Assembly (NCBI GenBank): GCA_905178155.1 | Contig: CAJINV010000005.1 | Coordinates: 5,979,754-6,043,753 of the forward strand | Reading direction: 5' to 3' | Length of the DNA: 64,000 nucleotides | Origin: Amoebophrya sp. A120 | Lineage: Eukaryota; Protista; Dinoflagellata | Part shown: positions 59,501 through 64,000 of the stretch, piece after piece | How the letters are laid out: every line of letters begins with the position of its first letter | Position numbering within the stretch: position 1 is the stretch's first letter | The notes under the pieces: model-generated | Told to the model about the DNA's origin: nothing | Database searches by the model: none | The model's input: the letters and a program-made list of their open reading frames with translations, nothing else | Program-made: the position numbers and the translations under genes

Positions 59501-62500
59501 TCCTTGAAGATGTTTCTCCCGATCTGCGATTTTTGTTTTCAGCAGCATCATTCCCTGGCGGTCCTGCACTTTCTTCGGCCTGCTCTACCTCGTCGGTCAC
59601 GAACTTTGAAAACAATTTACTCTCCTCGAGCCTTGGCAATTCCCGCCCGTAGGACAAAATGAACAAACTCGCACCGGTCTCTGCGTCCAGTGTTTGGTGC
59701 AGGTAGATCGGCTTTCCTTCTAAGAACAGCTGCGCCCTCTGAACGAGTCTCGGGAGGAGGACCTGTTTCAAAAGAATGTCGCATTTCAATTTTTCCCTTT
59801 GGTGTACTTCGCGGTTGATGGATTCCTGCAGCGGCGAGGTTGATGTGGAGGTTGGGCGCTGGGAAGAAGACGAAGAAGAAGATCTCGCATAATCTATTTC
59901 GTCAACATTCATCGTCGTTTCGTCAAAATCTGCCGCCGCTTGGGAACGGAAGACACTCGCAGGTTGTACTGAACCAGGGTGGTTTATCGCTGCGTTGAGA
60001 TTCTTGTTCCTACCAGCTCCTACACCGGCTCCTACTTCCCCGAGAACTTCTACCACGTTGACGTTGTTTCTCGTAGCTGCTGCTGCACTTCTCGGGTAAA
60101 AGTTGGCTCCTCCGTTATTTCCTCGTCCTTGAGCAGTACTATCTTCTCCCTGCTCCGGCTCACCGCCGGCATGATTGCCATCTCTCCCAACTTTTCCAAG
60201 CTCCGCATCAAAAAAAGGTCCGCCGTAACTTAGAAGTTCGTTCAGAGATAATGTGTTTATCCGACACACATGCCAGCCGTTGATCGAGTAGTTGTGCCGC
60301 TTTTTTAACACAGCGCTTTTATTTGCAGCTACTTTCGACGGAGCAGTCACATTTTTCTGTGGCTTGTCCTTCTTCTTCTTCGAGCCAGTGGCTTGTTTCT
60401 TCCGTCTGTTGTTTTTTTGCCCCTGTCCTTCATCCTGTTCCACCGTTATGGTGCAGTGATTCGCAACTTCATGTGTAATAATTGCAATGTCCCCCTGTTC
60501 TGTCACTGCCGCGGCGATTCCCAAGCGACCAGCCTTCGTTTCTTTCGTATTATCCACCACGTCGAGAATAACGTCGTGGACCCGAAACAGCCCAGAAATC
60601 AACCCGCTGCTATTTGGGTAAACGTGGAAAATCCGGTCCTTCATATTCATTTTCGAAGACGCTGCACTAGAGGTGTTCACGGTGTCTTTCGAAGAGAACA
60701 AATTTTCATATTCATTATTTTGCGTACTGAAACTCGACTTGGAAGTGGGGAATCCAATTCGCGGAGCAGACCTAGCGTCGCGATAAGGCGTCCGCTGCAT
60801 CCTGCTGTCTCCGGGTCTTCGCCACAAACTCTTGCCGACCAGATTCGCGTCAAAGCTGCGGTTGACTTCCTCAACATCAGACTGACTTTCCTCAACGTCT
60901 GAGGCGGAAAGGATGATCTCGTGTTGGTGCAACTGTTGGTCACGACCGGTCGACGTGTTGCTTGGCGCGGCGAAAAAAGGCAACTCTTGCTCTTCTTTTT
61001 CATGGGAAGACAAAAACTCTCCCCCTACTGCAGATGGAGACGCAGTTGACACGGTCGTCGCGCGGACAAAGTCCATCTCCCGAGTCGTTTGCACCAGCGT
61101 GACGTGTTTTTCCGCGATTTTTGCGACGTAGAAATATTGCAGCACCTCTTCGTCTTCCTCTAGAATTTGTTCCATCTGCTGTTGTTCTACTACCCGCGCG
61201 GAGTGCTGCTGGTGGCCGCTACTGCTCCCAAATCGTTTCAAATTACCGGTCTTCTCGACCTCCCGCGGCCCCGCGTGGTCCGCGCTACTCAAAACGCTGA
61301 CCAATTTCTCCGGTGGCGCTGCTGCTGAATGGCCGAACAGTCGCTGCGTGATCTGCTGGGTGACCTTCGCCGGACTGTAGTAAAGCCGGCTCTGGCTCGG
61401 CGGGTTGGTGACCACTACATTATGCTCGGGAGAGGTCGGGGAGCCCCCGGCGAAAGCGGTCGCTGTTGAGTTGTTGTAATACGCGGTTTGAAAGTTGAAT
61501 TCTTCCGGTACAGACCCACCGGTAACGAAGGACCTCTCAGGACCGTCGACGGCTGTGTTTCTCTGCGAGGACAAGGCAGTATTCGCACCGGTGGATGTGC
61601 CGGGGGTTGCGGAGTTTGATGTGAAAGGTTTGTCGTTTATGCACACGAAATAATTTCGCGTACAGTACGTACGAATTGTGCGGCTCCTGCATGACAAACC
61701 TTTTCTTCGGTTCTATTCAGCTTCAGCATCACAAGTTGTGGAACGCTCTAAAAACTTGAAATAAATTTGCATTTTGTACATGTCGTACGCGAAGTTTGTG
61801 TTGCATATCGGTCATGCGATTGATCGTGTTTGTTCCACGAACGGTTCCTGTAAAAAAATTTCCGCTTCTCGGACCGGATGTTGCTGAAAAGGCGCCACCT
61901 CCACCTCTTCCAACTTGGCTGTTCGGAGGGAAGACGAAACAGAGTTTCATGCCGACCTCCAATTCAGAGAACAGACACCCATCATCCGCGCTGTTGACGT
62001 GGTTGCGGACAGACCGGCAGTGCGCGTAGAGCTGGAATAAAGAGGCCTGAGACTGCTTTGCGGTTGAAACCGGCGCGGATCGATAAGTTGAGCTGGAAGT
62101 AGAGGAGGATGGCAAATTACTTTGACGGCCAGCAGGTCGTTGGGAAGTAGTATCCTGTGCAAAAGTATCGTACTCGTACTAATTGCAGCCATGCATGACA
62201 GATCTATTTTGTAAGGGAAAACAGCATTACAAATTGCATTTTTGTTCTTGAGAAACAGAAAATTTGTCATGCAGTTTATACTAGTACGATGCTTTTGCAC
62301 AGGATAAGTAGATTTTGTTGCCGATTTGCTCTTCCGACTACTTATGGGAGTGTCAGGATCGAAATCGTCAGAGTTGAAATAGTTTGTCATGCATAAAACC
62401 GATACCAGTTGGAAGCCCACTTACCGAGCGGCGCATGACAAATTTTGGAAGCACCCGAATCCAATTTGTCATGCTGTTTCGGCGCAGAGGACTGCTTTTG

Positions 62501-64000
62501 TCATGCTCCTTTAGCATCTCTATCCCAAACCCTAGATAGGCTCACAATCTGCCTCACTTGCCATCTTACCAAGAGAGGCACTTCATGATCATGCCTTGCA
62601 TTTTATGCATGACAAAGTATTTCAACTTTGTCGATTTCAAACCTGACGCTTCCATACTACTTGCCTTCGAAATATTTCCGCCGCCAAAGGCAGTTGTTCC
62701 CCCGGTCGTGTTCAGCGACAAATTTTCTTTCAACAAAACCGCATCCTCCAGCAACTCCAACGTATCGCAACTATTCCGGTCCCCCTCAATCTGCAGTAAC
62801 CGGTGGGAAACGTACCCGCCCCGCTGGATGAAATAATTGATTCTCCGGTTCACAAACGCCGGCGTCCGCAAGAGCGCTCTCTCGCTCCACAATGCGCCGT
62901 GGATGTTCGGCGTGTTCTCAGCAGTTGCTGACGTGGAGATGTCGCCTTGTAAACCAGGCTGGGAAGAAGAAGAGGACCCAGACAAAGAGTTCGTCGTGGA
63001 AAAGTAGTTGTAATTTGGAAAGAACCTCGCGGTGAGATTTTTACAATGCGGACACTGGCCGTTTTGCAGCTGGAGTTGCAAAGCCTGAGACCACGCAGCT
63101 GTAGAATTGTTTGTCGTATTCGTGTTCTTACTCACTGGTAGTTGACCATTTTGCTGCATTACCTGAGGCGTTGAGATCATAGATTGTTTGTTCATGATGT
63201 TGTCATTTTTCACCATCATCGAAGCACCAGACGTGAAATTATGATCCTCTTGCAGCTGCGGGGTGCTTGCGAAATTCTCCACCAATTCGTCGCCCGCAAA
63301 ATTGTTCTGGGTTGGTGTCGCCGAAAAATAGTTGATATTCGGCCTGTCGTCACTCAGATTTGTAAAGCCCGAAGCTGCACCTCCAGACCTAGGAACTTCA
63401 TTCCGATGCTGGCCCTCGACGTGATTTTCGTGCTGAAACGCCAACGCTGCCGCGAGAGCCTCTGGGTCATCAGCCGAGTAGGATCGTCGGGGATCCACCG
63501 GAGGAGCGAAGATTGGTCTGTCAACATTATCCGGATCAATTGCACTTGCGCCGCTCAAAGTGGCCGTAATTTCCTCTTCCAAAATGCTGGAGAGCAGCTC
63601 TTGCTCCACCGCCTCACCCTCGGCCGCGAAATGACCGGCGACAGGGCGGTGGTCCCGCTTGGAGTTGTTTCCACTCCGACTCGTCATGTTGGAGACAGAA
63701 GCCCCATTCATTCTGGTAGTCGTGTCACTTCCTCCAGCACCACGGCTAAATACGGACGGACTGGGGGTTGGCAGGACTGATCCTTTCGGTGCAGTGCTGC
63801 GCAGACGAGGATCAACTTCTTCGCGTCTTGTTGTACTGTCTATGTCCACATCGTCGCTGCTGTGCGTGTTTTTCCCTTGTATTCGCTTACTTACAAACTT
63901 CTTTGCGGACGATGGAGCATTGTCCAGTCTACTTCTCGCCTCGGGCCTATTTTCCGTCGCCGGAGAGAAGGACTTCTGGTGTCGAAACAAATTTGCGCGG
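53518..64000 (-). CDS. VPS13-like lipid transfer protein, C-terminal part (5' end beyond the window), multi-exon
   Basis: ORFs join in frame after element removal. VPS13-like segments include FSVSWIHDMKEMLALRVKEITLQY and FKIQHFQVDHYAPADIPVLI, plus a C-terminal amphipathic Gly-rich ATG2_C-like region (GILQGIVFGIRGFF..PVFGFLHLIAAVCEGL). Family assigned by pattern memory only. Confidence 0.6.
54683..54849. mobile_element. Introner-like element (singleton)
   Basis: TATCACAAGAAAA...TTTTCCTGTGATA with flanks agttg/aattg. In-frame excision gives LQEQLSIKR. Confidence 0.83.
55139..55284. mobile_element. Introner-like element, family A
   Basis: TATGAATTGCAAAAGTATCG...CGATACGTTTGCACGGGATA with tcttt direct repeats. 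Confidence 0.92.
55329..55565. mobile_element. Introner-like element, family E
   Basis: TATGGGGTTCTCAAACGTTACATTCTCA...TGAGAATGTAACGTTTGAGAGCCCCTTA with tttgt direct repeats. Homolog of 5802-6037. Confidence 0.92.
57023..57176. mobile_element. Introner-like element, family A (opposite orientation to 55139)
   Basis: TATCCTGTGCAAAAGTATCGTACTCGTA...CTTTTGCAGTTCATA with flanks caatc/taatc. Excision restores FLRLYEQAG. Confidence 0.92.
61638..61807. mobile_element. Introner-like element (singleton)
   Basis: TATGCA..TTCGCGTAC / GTACGCGAA..TGCATA with flanks tcgtt/tcggt. In-frame excision. Confidence 0.82.
62151..62306. mobile_element. Introner-like element, family A
   Basis: TATCCTGTGCAAAAG...CTTTTGCACAGGATA with agtag direct repeats. 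In-frame excision. Confidence 0.93.
62343..62656. mobile_element. Introner-like element (singleton, longest; ~56-bp TIR)
   Basis: TATGGGAGTGTCAGGATCGAAATCG..TTTGTCATGCATAAAA and its inverted counterpart, with ctact direct repeats. In-frame excision. Confidence 0.9.

Overview
Eukaryotic, intron-containing genomic DNA. It is most likely from a parasitic dinoflagellate relative (Amoebophrya/Syndiniales-like). That is an inference from co-oriented genes, an alveolate-type N-terminal-J RJL GTPase and abundant non-canonical introns. All recognisable genes lie on the minus strand: a truncated DEAD-box helicase, glutamine synthetase II, a TTLL3/8-type tubulin glycylase, a DDX28/RH22-like DEAD-box helicase, a WSC/PAN-like/MRH-like secreted protein, a J-domain RJL GTPase, a VTC1/DUF202 protein, a VPS13-like protein and several orphans. 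The dominant feature is a set of at least 32 short (104-314 bp) mobile, introner-like insertions inside coding exons, in at least 5 multi-copy families plus singletons. Each begins and ends with TA (usually TAT...ATA), has terminal inverted repeats and is flanked by a 5-bp direct repeat that is sometimes degenerate. Removing the element plus one repeat copy restores the reading frame and conserved protein motifs, generally without GT-AG ends. Copies of one family occur in both orientations within the same gene. Unrelated families, and even canonical GT-AG introns, share a GCA(T/A)NACAAA motif. Conserved residues of glutamine synthetase and the WSC protein constrain the junction to 3-4 nt into the upstream repeat, probably 4, which would give N-TAT 5' ends. 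The window also has two GC-rich islands with orphan ORFs and a ~2.1 kb inverted-repeat-bounded element carrying 114-bp and ~19-bp tandem arrays. All analysis was by eye, without database searches or transcript data.
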